Shown: in pieces, positions 8,397-18,207 of the stretch
How the letters are laid out: every line of letters starts with the position of its first letter
Numbering within the stretch: position 1 is the first letter of the stretch
Virus record (IMG/VR): IMGVR_UViG_3300030099_006786
DNA length: 64,000 nucleotides
Direction: 5' to 3' (one strand)
From: an uncultured virus (IMG/VR IMGVR_UViG_3300030099_006786)
Taxonomy: Duplodnaviria > Heunggongvirae > Uroviricota > Caudoviricetes
Program-made: the position numbers and the translations under genes
Notes under the pieces: generated by a model
Told to the model about the DNA's origin: nothing
The model's input: the letters and a program-made list of their open reading frames with translations, nothing else
Database searches by the model: none

Positions 8397-11300
8397 TATT
8401 TTGAACCGAAATCCTTAACTTTATCATGTAAAATATTTGCAAATGCTTCAGAAACAGGAATTTCTGGGTATTCTTCTCCTAATCTAGCTCTATTAGGATC
8501 AAGACCAGTTGTACCTGCACCGAAAACCTGACCCTCAAAACCAAGATCTTCAAATGCTTTTTGGATTGCATCTTTAGAACTATTATCTTCTTTTGAGCGC
8601 AAATTACAATTATCCGCAGGGGTAGTTGGGGCATTTGCCGGCTTTCTAGCAAGGGCATCATTTAAAGTATCAATTGTGCCGTGCGATGTCCATTTAGCGG
8701 TCAGTGTAGTCCTAAATTCACCCGGGCCTATCGTATTTTTAGCGTGCGTTATTAAATGATAGCCCCCAAAACCTAGCATATACGATAATGAAGTTCTATC
8801 CGAAATATTACCAAGTGCCAAATCAATACATCTGGAGTCCACAAAACATATAGAGCCGGGAAAAATACTAGGCAGTCCAAATGTTTCTATTGTTATTTTG
8901 TATGGCTCACGCAATTGTAAAAGTTTGTTTTTCTTATAATTTGTTTCAGCAGCAAAAAATCTAGCCTCGCGAACATATGGCTGATCATCTTTTTCAAATG
9001 AAACTTTTTGAACCATCCCACTATTGACACCAAAATTAAATTGATAAAAGCCTTTGTCTAAGTTTTCTTTAGTAGGCTTGGGAAAATTCTCACATGGATC
9101 AGATTTAAGCGCCGCAGTTCTTGGATAAAATATAAAATAATTAAACCAATTTTCGGCTGCTTGCTTGGAGTAAAACTGCATTGTTTCTTCGCTTTCGCCG
9201 GGGCCATGTTTACTATTTTGTGTTATTCTTGTAATGCTCTTACATTCGGCGCCGGGAATAAATAAATTGTAATTTAATTTTTTGTTTTTTTGTGCACATT
9301 CACCTATTGCATCCACCGGTGCGTATACTTGTGCTCTTTGAATAGAAGTGGTATCAGTTAAAGTATGAGATGTACCAGACTCATCAGTATAATTTTTAAA
9401 TTTGCTTAATGTTGTACTTAATAAATCTCTTAGAAACAATCCAAAACTATACTCAGGGAATTTTTTATTTCCTTGATATTTTGTAATATGTTTAACAAAC
9501 CAAATTGAGAAAGTTTCAACTGAAATTGGTATATCGCCCATATTAACAATTAAATCATATACAGGATCTTCAGGATTTTGTGTCATTCTAATATCCGTAA
9601 GGACGATTCTAGTATTTTTAAAAGCTGTTTGTGCAGCAGTACCCGTTCCTTTCTTTTCCTGATTTTTTGAATAATTTTCATTAACAAGGCCTTTAACAAT
9701 TTTAATTAAATCACTAACATAAAAAAATGTCACTACTCGCTTGCCTTCAGAAATAATAGATTGTGGAGTGACATTTCTGGAAAATATATCTTCAACACAT
9801 TTTTCTTTATCAGCATGCTCACACTTGCTTGCAGCTTTTCTAGCATTATCAATAATCTCAGAAATAACGCTGTATGTATTTGGCTCTGACGGAGGATACA
9901 AATCTAAATCAGTAGTTACAATTTTTCTAGATATTAAATCTTCGACTCTAGGATATGTTGTATAAATTTTATTTTCGGCTCGTAATTCAGTTAAAATTTT
10001 TGAAAAAACTAGTTGTTGAATTTCTTTACCAAACCAATCAAGCTCGGAAGTTAAATTTTTTCTAAGGTTCTCCGCGGTTTGACCAGATTCACAATTAGCA
10101 AGAACCGTTTTTAAAACATTTCGAGCCTTATGATAAGTTATTTCTAATTCAGGGCTTGAGAAAATATTGGCTCCTTCAGAGTGTGCCACAGCTTCTAGAT
10201 AACCTCTGTATGTTATTACTAAGTTAACAGACCCATCTTCTTGGATATCAAAACGATGGTCAATCAACGTTGCTATGATTGGAAGAACAGTTGTGTCAAT
10301 TGCTAATCGTTTATTATTTGGTATAATGTCACCAGCACCGTTAATTGGGTCAGAATATGCGTAACCGATCAAAAATTTAATTCTATAGTATTCTGGATCA
10401 TATTCTGATTGACTTATACTTGGGTCGGTGCTGCTGGCTAATCTTCGGGGTCTTGTAATTAAATCAGCATAAGAAAATGTATTTACACCGGGCTTATTTT
10501 TACCGGCAGAAAATTCTGGGCCCGGTATACCAATGTGCCTGTTTCTTAAAATATCTGAAAAACTTTGAAAAAATAATGTTAAAGTCAGTGATATATCTTT
10601 TGTATCATTCGCCGGGTTTGTACCTTGATAAGACCACTCTAAACTTCTAATACCGACTGAATTTCCACGATTGTAATTTTCTATAAAATTTCCTGAATTA
10701 ATTTCTCTTGATTTATCGTTTTCGATATTGTTAATCGCATTACTTTCAAAAGGAATCTCTTGTTCAAAATCGTTACCTATCTTAAACAGTCGCACCATCG
10801 GAACCAGCGATGACACTTCTGCCGGTGTTAAATCTAAAAGCTTTTGTTGATTTTCGTTATATAATAATTGACTAACTCCACACTCAGGCTTTCCTTCAAT
10901 TGGATAAACACCTCGAAAAGTTTGTTCAACATCTGTTTCTGAAGATGCATGTTCGTCGTATGCTATTTCTCTTCGTTTTTCTTTAATCGCGGCGAATAAT
11001 GGGGTATTTATTGTAAGATAATCTCTAATGCTTGTCCTGATATTGGCTGCTGATTGTTTTTGTAATTCAGTAGCCGATTCTTTCCCTGCTGGTGGTGTTC
11101 GAGGTCTAATCGGTGCGGAGCCGCCGGCTGCAGCTGTCGCAGCTTCTATAATATCCTTTAAGTCATTTAAATTAGTGGCATTTTGAGCCTCGGAAATAGC
11201 TAACTGTTCATCGTAATCAAGCTCGCCATCATCACGGAGGCCGTCTAGTGTTGCAACAACTTCAGCATAAAGTTTTAATAACTCAAAATAATTTTGATAT

Positions 11301-12286
11301 AACTCCATATTTTTAATTTGTTCAACTGCTTTATTGGCTGACGTGACACCCACATTTGTACCAAAAGAATAAATTTGCTGGCCCTTGGCATCGGTTAAGC
11401 CAGATGTAAAACTTGCACTACTGTAATCAATCAAGCTGTCAAAATCGACAGAGGTGTCTACAGGCCTTGCAAAGCCCAAAGGTCCAACTAAAATAACATT
11501 TTTTCTATCTAAAACAAAATTAATTTTTGATTCAATATCATCAACGATAAAATCCTTAGATCTTGCGCCAGTCACAAGACCCTCAAAAGTGCCGCCCACA
11601 CCATATACTTCTTCAATGTATGCCGCGGCGCTGTTTTCTTCTAGCTGTCCATACATAAGCGCCTGACCAAGACCACCCCATATACTTTTATATAAATTAA
11701 AAATTTTATAAGTATCTTTCAAGAAATTAGCAACAACAGTTTTTTGTGCAGGATCAAAACCATTAGGCAAATTGCCTCCTGCTGGCGGAAGATAAGCGTC
11801 AATAGTAGATTCTGCAGCTTTTTTTGCAACTTCATCTTCTGATTCAGTACCAGTCTTTTGTCCAGCTACTGTACCAGCTTCGGAGTGAGCCACGGTTTCA
11901 AGACCCTCTTTAATGAGAATATTAATAATTCTTTCAATATCGCCACCACTGTATAATGCATTAAGCACACGTTTGCTTGTATTCCATTTTCCGGCGTCGG
12001 TGGATTGACTAGCCGCCCTCACAAAGGCGCCTGCCTTGGCAATTGGAATTGCACCGGGGCTGACCGGATATACAATTGAATTTTTGATCCCCCGGTCGGC
12101 GGTTAATTTAATTGTGCCGCCGGCGCCTCTCGCAAGGTAGATCGGACTTGCAGCAAAGCTTTGGTTACCAATTGAGCTATCTACAGGTTTTTTAAGTTTA
12201 TCTCTAATTCCAGTTTTTGGAAATCCACTTTCAGTTATTCTTTGAATTAGCCCTTCATCTAATTTTATAACACCGCTATCTGCCAT
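8396..12286 (-). CDS. Large baseplate hub / tail-associated protein (putative)
   Basis: 1296 aa; follows the LysM/gp53-like gene. C-terminal ITIETFGLPSIFPG...GGYHLITHAKNTIGPGEFRTTLTAKW resembles gp27/gp44/VgrG-type hub ends. Confidence 0.55.
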   Translation of the reverse strand: MADSGVIKLDEGLIQRITESGFPKTGIRDKLKKPVDSSIGNQSFAASPIYLARGAGGTIKLTADRGIKNSIVYPVSPGAIPIAKAGAFVRAASQSTDAGKWNTSKRVLNALYSGGDIERIINILIKEGLETVAHSEAGTVAGQKTGTESEDEVAKKAAESTIDAYLPPAGGNLPNGFDPAQKTVVANFLKDTYKIFNLYKSIWGGLGQALMYGQLEENSAAAYIEEVYGVGGTFEGLVTGARSKDFIVDDIESKINFVLDRKNVILVGPLGFARPVDTSVDFDSLIDYSSASFTSGLTDAKGQQIYSFGTNVGVTSANKAVEQIKNMELYQNYFELLKLYAEVVATLDGLRDDGELDYDEQLAISEAQNATNLNDLKDIIEAATAAAGGSAPIRPRTPPAGKESATELQKQSAANIRTSIRDYLTINTPLFAAIKEKRREIAYDEHASSETDVEQTFRGVYPIEGKPECGVSQLLYNENQQKLLDLTPAEVSSLVPMVRLFKIGNDFEQEIPFESNAINNIENDKSREINSGNFIENYNRGNSVGIRSLEWSYQGTNPANDTKDISLTLTLFFQSFSDILRNRHIGIPGPEFSAGKNKPGVNTFSYADLITRPRRLASSTDPSISQSEYDPEYYRIKFLIGYAYSDPINGAGDIIPNNKRLAIDTTVLPIIATLIDHRFDIQEDGSVNLVITYRGYLEAVAHSEGANIFSSPELEITYHKARNVLKTVLANCESGQTAENLRKNLTSELDWFGKEIQQLVFSKILTELRAENKIYTTYPRVEDLISRKIVTTDLDLYPPSEPNTYSVISEIIDNARKAASKCEHADKEKCVEDIFSRNVTPQSIISEGKRVVTFFYVSDLIKIVKGLVNENYSKNQEKKGTGTAAQTAFKNTRIVLTDIRMTQNPEDPVYDLIVNMGDIPISVETFSIWFVKHITKYQGNKKFPEYSFGLFLRDLLSTTLSKFKNYTDESGTSHTLTDTTSIQRAQVYAPVDAIGECAQKNKKLNYNLFIPGAECKSITRITQNSKHGPGESEETMQFYSKQAAENWFNYFIFYPRTAALKSDPCENFPKPTKENLDKGFYQFNFGVNSGMVQKVSFEKDDQPYVREARFFAAETNYKKNKLLQLREPYKITIETFGLPSIFPGSICFVDSRCIDLALGNISDRTSLSYMLGFGGYHLITHAKNTIGPGEFRTTLTAKWTSHGTIDTLNDALARKPANAPTTPADNCNLRSKEDNSSKDAIQKAFEDLGFEGQVFGAGTTGLDPNRARLGEEYPEIPVSEAFANILHDKVKDFGSK

Positions 12287-12287
12287 T

Positions 12288-12629
12288 TTAGACTCCTAAT
12301 TTATCCAAAATAAATCTTGGTGAGGCGGGAACTAGTATATTTTGTCCCGGCGTTAAATGAAATTCAGTCGGTGCTTTATTATAATACGCAATTACAAACC
12401 AAAGTCTTGGATCTCCATAAAAACGCTTAGCTACTTTCCAATACATGTCTGAAGATCTCCAAGTATAGACTCTGGTGTCAACAGCTGCTCTCTCAGCATC
12501 TGTCATAGCACTCATTTCTACCATCGCAGTTTTGTAAATTATTCTAGCATCTCTGTTTTTAAACAAATATTCATATCTGTCGTCATTTTTCGATAAAGCT
12601 ATTGGTGATCTTACATTATATCTTGCCAT
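12288..12629 (-). CDS. LysM-like / tail-X (gp53-like) baseplate protein
   Basis: SDMYWKVAKRFYGDPRLWFVIAYYN...LTPGQNILVP. Confidence 0.75.
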   Translation of the reverse strand: MARYNVRSPIALSKNDDRYEYLFKNRDARIIYKTAMVEMSAMTDAERAAVDTRVYTWRSSDMYWKVAKRFYGDPRLWFVIAYYNKAPTEFHLTPGQNILVPASPRFILDKLGV

Positions 12630-12639
12630 TTGTCAATTC

Positions 12640-13662
12640 CTAATTTGTTCCTGTGTTTTGTGATTCAACACCTACGATTCCACTACCTGCGAGAAGAGCA
12701 TCCTCTTTGTCGCCAGTGGCACTATCACTTGTGTCTGGTATCTCATCGCCAGCGGTGTCGGTCAGCCCGAGGCCACCGATTCCGATGGGTTCTGTAAGAG
12801 GCTCTTCTATGCCAAGCATCTCGGGGCCAATTCCAAACGGAAACGTAGGTAGTGCTCTTTCATTAATATCCAAATCTCTTGGGCCCTGATCCGGTTCGTA
12901 AATCTTGTGATTCTCTGATGTACCAATCCAAAGGTTATCATCACTGGTCCACCCAATTGGGTGCTCATGAATCGGTGCAAAATTTACCGTCACAGTTATG
13001 ATTTTTGGTAGAATAAATGGAGATCCATCTTCACCGATAGTATCAAAACCTCCAGAATCGTTGTTATAAGTATGATTTAGGCCTGTAACAAATCCCAATA
13101 ATCCTGAGTTTTTTGCTGAAGATTGCTGTGAGGTAATGTTGTTTGAAATTATATTTGCATACTTCATACGAATCAGCGGTGGCTTTGATAATGTGGTAGC
13201 AGAGCTGAAATATTTTAATGGCTGATCTCCTTCTCCCAAAAGATGTTCTATTGGTTTATACGCAGGATATAAAAACTTGATAAGTGTAGCTAATCTATTG
13301 ACATTTTCAATAGCCTCTGTTCGATCTCTAGCTGGAATTGTAAAGCTAACCGAAATATTTCTTTTTGTGCTTCTATAGGTCATAATAGGATCAGCGCGGC
13401 CATAAACATCAGTTGGGGTTGTATTAACATCATAATTTTCATTATAATCATCTAAATAAGCCATGAATTTAACACTGTTTTTTGATGCGACATGATAAAA
13501 TTCTAAAAATAAATTATTTGAAAATGCATCGGAGGGATCTTGCCTTGTGGCTTTAGAATTGAAAGTTTTAGTATTATATCTTTCATAAATTTTTCTTAAT
13601 ACGCCCTCACCACTGGTGCTTACAGAAGGATTATCGTCGTCATTATTTCCATTTTTAGCCAT
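12640..13662 (-). CDS. Baseplate / tail tube initiator-like protein
   Basis: DVYGRADPIMTYRSTKRNISVSF and PPLIRMKYAN; lies between the tape measure and LysM genes. Confidence 0.6.
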   Translation of the reverse strand: MAKNGNNDDDNPSVSTSGEGVLRKIYERYNTKTFNSKATRQDPSDAFSNNLFLEFYHVASKNSVKFMAYLDDYNENYDVNTTPTDVYGRADPIMTYRSTKRNISVSFTIPARDRTEAIENVNRLATLIKFLYPAYKPIEHLLGEGDQPLKYFSSATTLSKPPLIRMKYANIISNNITSQQSSAKNSGLLGFVTGLNHTYNNDSGGFDTIGEDGSPFILPKIITVTVNFAPIHEHPIGWTSDDNLWIGTSENHKIYEPDQGPRDLDINERALPTFPFGIGPEMLGIEEPLTEPIGIGGLGLTDTAGDEIPDTSDSATGDKEDALLAGSGIVGVESQNTGTN

Positions 13663-13686
13663 TATTATATTCCTTTAACATAACTA

Positions 13687-16416
13687 TCACGTTCTAGTAA
13701 AATTAAGCTTAGCCAACACTCTTTCGTCGATCTTACCTATCAGTTGTGTATTATCATCTACCTTGATAGTAATTGGAGAGGTAATTGTAAGTTCAGCTTT
13801 TTGCTCTTTTTCTTGCATATTAATCGTAGCCGCTAATTGCATATCTCTTTCAAATACCTTGAGCATGTCTGTGAAGTCTTTAATCATATCTGGAGATTCC
13901 ATCATATTGCTCATTTCATTTCTCAATTTCGAAACCTGCTCTACTGTCTTGGTTAAATTGTCTGGATTAATGTTAGCTAAACTTTCTATCATTCCTGTAA
14001 ATGATTCCATATCGCCTGCATCTGGACCACCACCAAATAACCTACCAACAGCTGTCACTCCTTGGAATACTAACACAGCCGGTGTCAGAATTGCAAGTGC
14101 CGCTGCAAATACCACCAAACTAGCGGCCATGGCGAATAATCCAGCAGCCATGCCAATTAGTGCACCACCACCGACTCCTGAATCAAACAGTTTAACAAAG
14201 CTGTCTGTCATGGTTGCAATTCCTGTAGCCATTGATTCTACAAGAGAGCCAACCGCCTCGACAACTGTTCCGACTCCTTCCGCAAATACACCCATACCAG
14301 CGGCTGCTACACCAATTCCGGCTCCAATCATTAAAAATGCAGCTCCAATGCCGAGAATCCCCAGCATTTGCGGCCCAGTGGCGAATAAGCCGAGAGCTAC
14401 AATACCAATCGTAAACAGCGCCAAAGTCCCTACAAGGCCTATTAGAGCGTTATTAAACCCTGCTAATTGTTCTGCATTCAGATTTGATACAGAGTCTGCC
14501 ATTGATGCAATACCTTCTGCTGCGAGGGCAATTCCGGCCATGGCTAGCAGAACAGCGCCGCCAAGAGCAAGAAGAACTTTCACCATTCCCATATTCATAC
14601 TTTTGCCAGCAATGCGAGAAGCAACACCAATTGCTATCATCGCAAAAGATAACGCATAAACCACATCAATAAGGTTAGAGCCCCATGCTATCACAGCTAT
14701 AATAAAAGCGACAGATATTAAAGCCCCGATAACACCAATTCCGCCTAATCCCATTTTTGTTGGACCACCGCCTAGGCCGGCACTCGCAGCTTTTGCTGAA
14801 AATGCCAAATAAAGATTGGCCGCGGCCAAAGTTTTAGTGACAATGGTTAAAGTGCCTAATATTCCAATAACTAATTTGCCTTGACGAGCAATAAAATCCA
14901 CAAATCCAATAAACATTTCAATACCGCCGATTACAGATTTACGGAATCCCGGCGTATTGGCAATTTGTACCAACATATTTTGAAGCTCTTCTTGCACTTC
15001 TTGAAAATTTCTTGCTCTTTTTGCAGCTTCCACGAATGAATCTTGTGACTGGACAACTGCATTGCTCATTAGATCAAAATTACCAGACATTGCTAATGCC
15101 AACTCACCAACATCTTTAAAGCCGCCGGCTTCGGCTATAGCCAATCTTTCATAATATGCCATGTCTTGAAAAGTTTTATTTTGATCTTTAAGAACGTCAG
15201 TTATCATTTGAAATCTTTTTGCTGGATCTTCTTCAGCCATTAGATCCATAACATTTAAGAAATCTCCACCTAAGATAGCATTTAATTTACCCACTCTATC
15301 TGCTGCGCCCTCAAAAGTATCAAAGCCTGCGGCAAAGTCTGCAATTCTTCCCATTTCTATTCCAGTCTGCCTTGAAGCATAAGCTAAATTATTCATGGTT
15401 TTAGTTAAATCAGAGGTATCTTTTCCTATTTTTAATATTTGTGGTGATAATTCGTTAAAAGTTGATACTAATTCACCCGGACCAAGACCTTGAGCGACAC
15501 CTATATCATTTAAGCCTGAAGCAAAATCTCTAGTAGCTTCGGCGTTTTGACCAAAAACACGGTTTAGAGTATTAGAAGTTTTACCAAATTGTGCTGTTTC
15601 AACTCCAACTTTTTCTAATGTGGCACCAAATTTTATAAAATCTTGATTTGCTTTCATAGTATCACCAGATAACAAAACAAATTCACCTCTCATTGTTTCA
15701 AAAGCTTTATAAATTTCATTAGAAGTTACACCTAGACGACTGAGATCAATATTCGCTCCAACAGTCTGATCCTGCATGTTTATCAAACCTTTGGCTACCT
15801 CATCAGAAGCACCGTAAAATCTTTGAAGACCTTTAGTAGTGTCTATGGTGGCGGTTGCTAATTTTACAGTTTGAGAAAATATTTTTTCAAAAGCACGGGT
15901 TGCGGGGCTCAATGCAAACTGGGCCATTTGAATTCTTCCCCGCATTAAAGCATTATTATATTTTTCTTGAGTAATTGTTCCGGCTTCAAGTGCTACTCTT
16001 AATTCTTCTTGAGCTTGCATGTATTTTGCAACACCATCGGTGGCATCACCTAAGCCTTTTAAGCCTAGTTCTGACATTGATGATTGCAAGCCACCAAAGG
16101 TGCCTTCCATTTCTTTTGCTGCAGCTTCAGCCTCCTTAAAGGCTGCTGCAATTTTATTTAATTCTGCTCTATATTCTTTTGCTTCAGCAGAATTATCGCC
16201 TGTGCTTTCTTTGATTGCATCTTGTACTTGTTTAAGATTCTCAAAACCACCAATTAGGTCTTTAATGGCCTCGGCCTGTATGCGATCCGCATCAGTAAGC
16301 TCTTCTGTACTTTTAAGGGCATCTTTTAGACTTTTACTAAAATTAATTAATGAATCTTTAGCGCCTTCTAAACTAGCTTTAATTTTATCAAGCTTACTGC
16401 CATCATCTTCAGCCAT
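13687..16416 (-). CDS. Tape measure protein
   Basis: 909 aa; helical Ala-rich N-half, many Gly/Ala-rich hydrophobic segments in the C-half; directly downstream of the tail chaperones. Confidence 0.85.
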   Translation of the reverse strand: MAEDDGSKLDKIKASLEGAKDSLINFSKSLKDALKSTEELTDADRIQAEAIKDLIGGFENLKQVQDAIKESTGDNSAEAKEYRAELNKIAAAFKEAEAAAKEMEGTFGGLQSSMSELGLKGLGDATDGVAKYMQAQEELRVALEAGTITQEKYNNALMRGRIQMAQFALSPATRAFEKIFSQTVKLATATIDTTKGLQRFYGASDEVAKGLINMQDQTVGANIDLSRLGVTSNEIYKAFETMRGEFVLLSGDTMKANQDFIKFGATLEKVGVETAQFGKTSNTLNRVFGQNAEATRDFASGLNDIGVAQGLGPGELVSTFNELSPQILKIGKDTSDLTKTMNNLAYASRQTGIEMGRIADFAAGFDTFEGAADRVGKLNAILGGDFLNVMDLMAEEDPAKRFQMITDVLKDQNKTFQDMAYYERLAIAEAGGFKDVGELALAMSGNFDLMSNAVVQSQDSFVEAAKRARNFQEVQEELQNMLVQIANTPGFRKSVIGGIEMFIGFVDFIARQGKLVIGILGTLTIVTKTLAAANLYLAFSAKAASAGLGGGPTKMGLGGIGVIGALISVAFIIAVIAWGSNLIDVVYALSFAMIAIGVASRIAGKSMNMGMVKVLLALGGAVLLAMAGIALAAEGIASMADSVSNLNAEQLAGFNNALIGLVGTLALFTIGIVALGLFATGPQMLGILGIGAAFLMIGAGIGVAAAGMGVFAEGVGTVVEAVGSLVESMATGIATMTDSFVKLFDSGVGGGALIGMAAGLFAMAASLVVFAAALAILTPAVLVFQGVTAVGRLFGGGPDAGDMESFTGMIESLANINPDNLTKTVEQVSKLRNEMSNMMESPDMIKDFTDMLKVFERDMQLAATINMQEKEQKAELTITSPITIKVDDNTQLIGKIDERVLAKLNFTRT

Positions 16417-16450
16417 AGGTCTGCCCTCGTTATATTAATTAGTTCACAAT

Positions 16451-16478
16451 AAAAAAGACCGTAATTTCTTACGGTCTT
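16451..16478 (-). terminator. Rho-independent terminator after the tail chaperone genes
   Basis: AAGACCGTAA-GAAA-TTACGGTCTT followed by TTTTATT. Confidence 0.85.
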
Positions 16479-16486
16479 AGTAAATA

Positions 16487-16676
16487 TTATCTTTTGGAAG
16501 CTTTGTCCATTTGTTCTTTTTCGTCTTTTAACTGCTTTATTAGTCGTTTTACAAACCATGTTCGCAGTCCGACTGGTAAATTATAGCATTCTATAAAACT
16601 CCAGCCACCATGATATTTTAAGAAAAAGAATTGCTCGTATATTTGCTCAAGATACTCAGAGGTCAGGCCAAAAAAA
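16487..16676 (-). CDS. Tail assembly chaperone C-terminal extension (T4 gp51-like / 'T' frame), probably reached by frameshift
   Basis: FFGLTSEYLEQIYEQFFFLKYHGGWSFIECYNLPVGLRTWFVKRL resembles gp51; no start codon after the U7 run. Confidence 0.65.
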
Positions 16677-17519
16677 GTTTGCCGTAATCGGCACCTCCAA
16701 TTCATCACTATGGCCGCAGGATGAGCAATCAAAATCAAGCATCATTTTTGTTGTTGGAGTAAGCTGTGTTATAGTTCTTCTTAAATATCGCGCGTCAGCC
16801 GCTGGCATCTGTTCTAAAAAGCCTTCAACTTGGGCTCTATCTTCGATGCCGTTTAATGCGATCACAATTCTTTTGAGATTGTCTGTTATCGCAGAATTAA
16901 GGTCTTTGTTCTTCGCCTTATTTCTTTGATTTCGTACAATTTCACTTTCATCGTATCCGTACATTAATCTGATTTCTGCCTCAACTTTAGTTATTGGCAA
17001 TTTAACTCTAAATGTAAGCCTATCTGTTGACAATGCGCCCAATTCTGTCAAAGTGTCGGAATCGGTACCACCATCATAATTTTGGCAATTATCAAGATCA
17101 TACGTTAGTGATGATTGTGTGCTACAATTTGGGCATGTAACCTGAGTTTTATAATCAGAGCCATAACCAGTTCTTCTGGCTTGGATTAGCATGGCGTTTT
17201 TATCGCCTACTAAAAGCGTACCCGGATCAATTGTCTTATCAAGCATTAAGCTGCTCAATAGACGATCTAAAGCTACGCCCTTTTTCAAAAGTGTCTGAGA
17301 TGTAAGAATCTCTTCTTCTTTTGTAGTCATCTGTCTAATCTCGATAGACTCAGCCTTATGTAAAGGATGATTCTCGGGATAGAAAAGACCTTTCGATGGA
17401 AGCTCTACTAATTCAGTTGGATTTACAAATGAAAGTAGATCTCCCCCTGATTGTGTAGGTGCGGGAGAATTTGCACCTGCGACAGAAGCTGTTCTGTCTT
17501 CGTTGTTTCTAACTGACAA
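16656..17519 (-). CDS. Tail assembly chaperone / T4 gp26-like baseplate hub assembly protein
   Basis: VELPSKG, IRQMTTKEEEIL, two CxxC motifs (CPNC, CSSC), C-terminal NFFWP; TTG start with SD GAGGT. Confidence 0.8.
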   Translation of the reverse strand: MSVRNNEDRTASVAGANSPAPTQSGGDLLSFVNPTELVELPSKGLFYPENHPLHKAESIEIRQMTTKEEEILTSQTLLKKGVALDRLLSSLMLDKTIDPGTLLVGDKNAMLIQARRTGYGSDYKTQVTCPNCSTQSSLTYDLDNCQNYDGGTDSDTLTELGALSTDRLTFRVKLPITKVEAEIRLMYGYDESEIVRNQRNKAKNKDLNSAITDNLKRIVIALNGIEDRAQVEGFLEQMPAADARYLRRTITQLTPTTKMMLDFDCSSCGHSDELEVPITANFFWPDL

Positions 17520-17548
17520 TTTTTACCTCACGTTTGTCGTTTGTTTGA

Positions 17549-18178
17549 TTATTCGGTTTCTGCTGTGCTTGGAGCACCCCAGTTCCACGTTTGGGCCGGA
17601 CCAGCTGGGGTTTCGGTCCCAGTGACCTTTGTGGTGCCGGCGGCGGTGACCAGTTCTGCCCAGTCGTATCTAAGTTCAAGATCGCATGTTGAAAGATCCT
17701 CGGAATCATAATCTAAATCAGAGAATTTAACAGACTTAATAAATGCGTTCTTAAGTGACCAAGTTTCGAGTGCGCTACCGTCAGCATCTAAATGTATGAT
17801 GCTTACTGTTCCCAAAGCAACACCCATTAGTGCTTTATTTACAGTTCCTTCAGACAAAGTTTGGCCGGGAAGTTTATAGCCGGCAGTTTGAAGAAGATTC
17901 AACATTAAATTAGTGGTACTGGGATTAATTGGATCAACCATAGTAAGTGTTACGGTCTCCCAAGTAACAGTAGAGGGAAAATGAAAAGTGTGATTTAAAA
18001 GCTTATGAGTTGTCTCACCAACTGTAAATGCAGGCTTGGTAACCTTTTTTGCCCACCAAACAATATCGGTACCGGCGGGCCCCGAAGCACCTTGATTGGC
18101 TTGAAAGCCCGGAAATTGAACCTTAAACCTGTAATTTCTTTTTGGCTCACTGCCTTTTTCTGTTGTCCAAAATGACAT
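17549..18178 (-). CDS. Tail tube protein (gp19-like)
   Basis: EPKRNYRFKV, TWETVTLTMVDP, ETWSLKNAFI, FSDLDY, LRYDWA; follows the sheath gene. Confidence 0.88.
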   Translation of the reverse strand: MSFWTTEKGSEPKRNYRFKVQFPGFQANQGASGPAGTDIVWWAKKVTKPAFTVGETTHKLLNHTFHFPSTVTWETVTLTMVDPINPSTTNLMLNLLQTAGYKLPGQTLSEGTVNKALMGVALGTVSIIHLDADGSALETWSLKNAFIKSVKFSDLDYDSEDLSTCDLELRYDWAELVTAAGTTKVTGTETPAGPAQTWNWGAPSTAETE

Positions 18179-18207
18179 TTTTCATTGTCTCCCTTTAGTA
18201 TTAATTA

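Noticed and set aside
13763..14659. 298 aa plus-strand ORF
   Set aside because: Antisense shadow of the Ala/Gly-rich hydrophobic part of the tape measure gene; no SD or promoter, and no domain
16677..16738. ORF-track start for the 83 aa ORF (MILIAHPAAIV...)
   Set aside because: This segment overlaps the CxxC end of the gp26-like gene and has no SD; plausible protein sequence begins only at the U7 run
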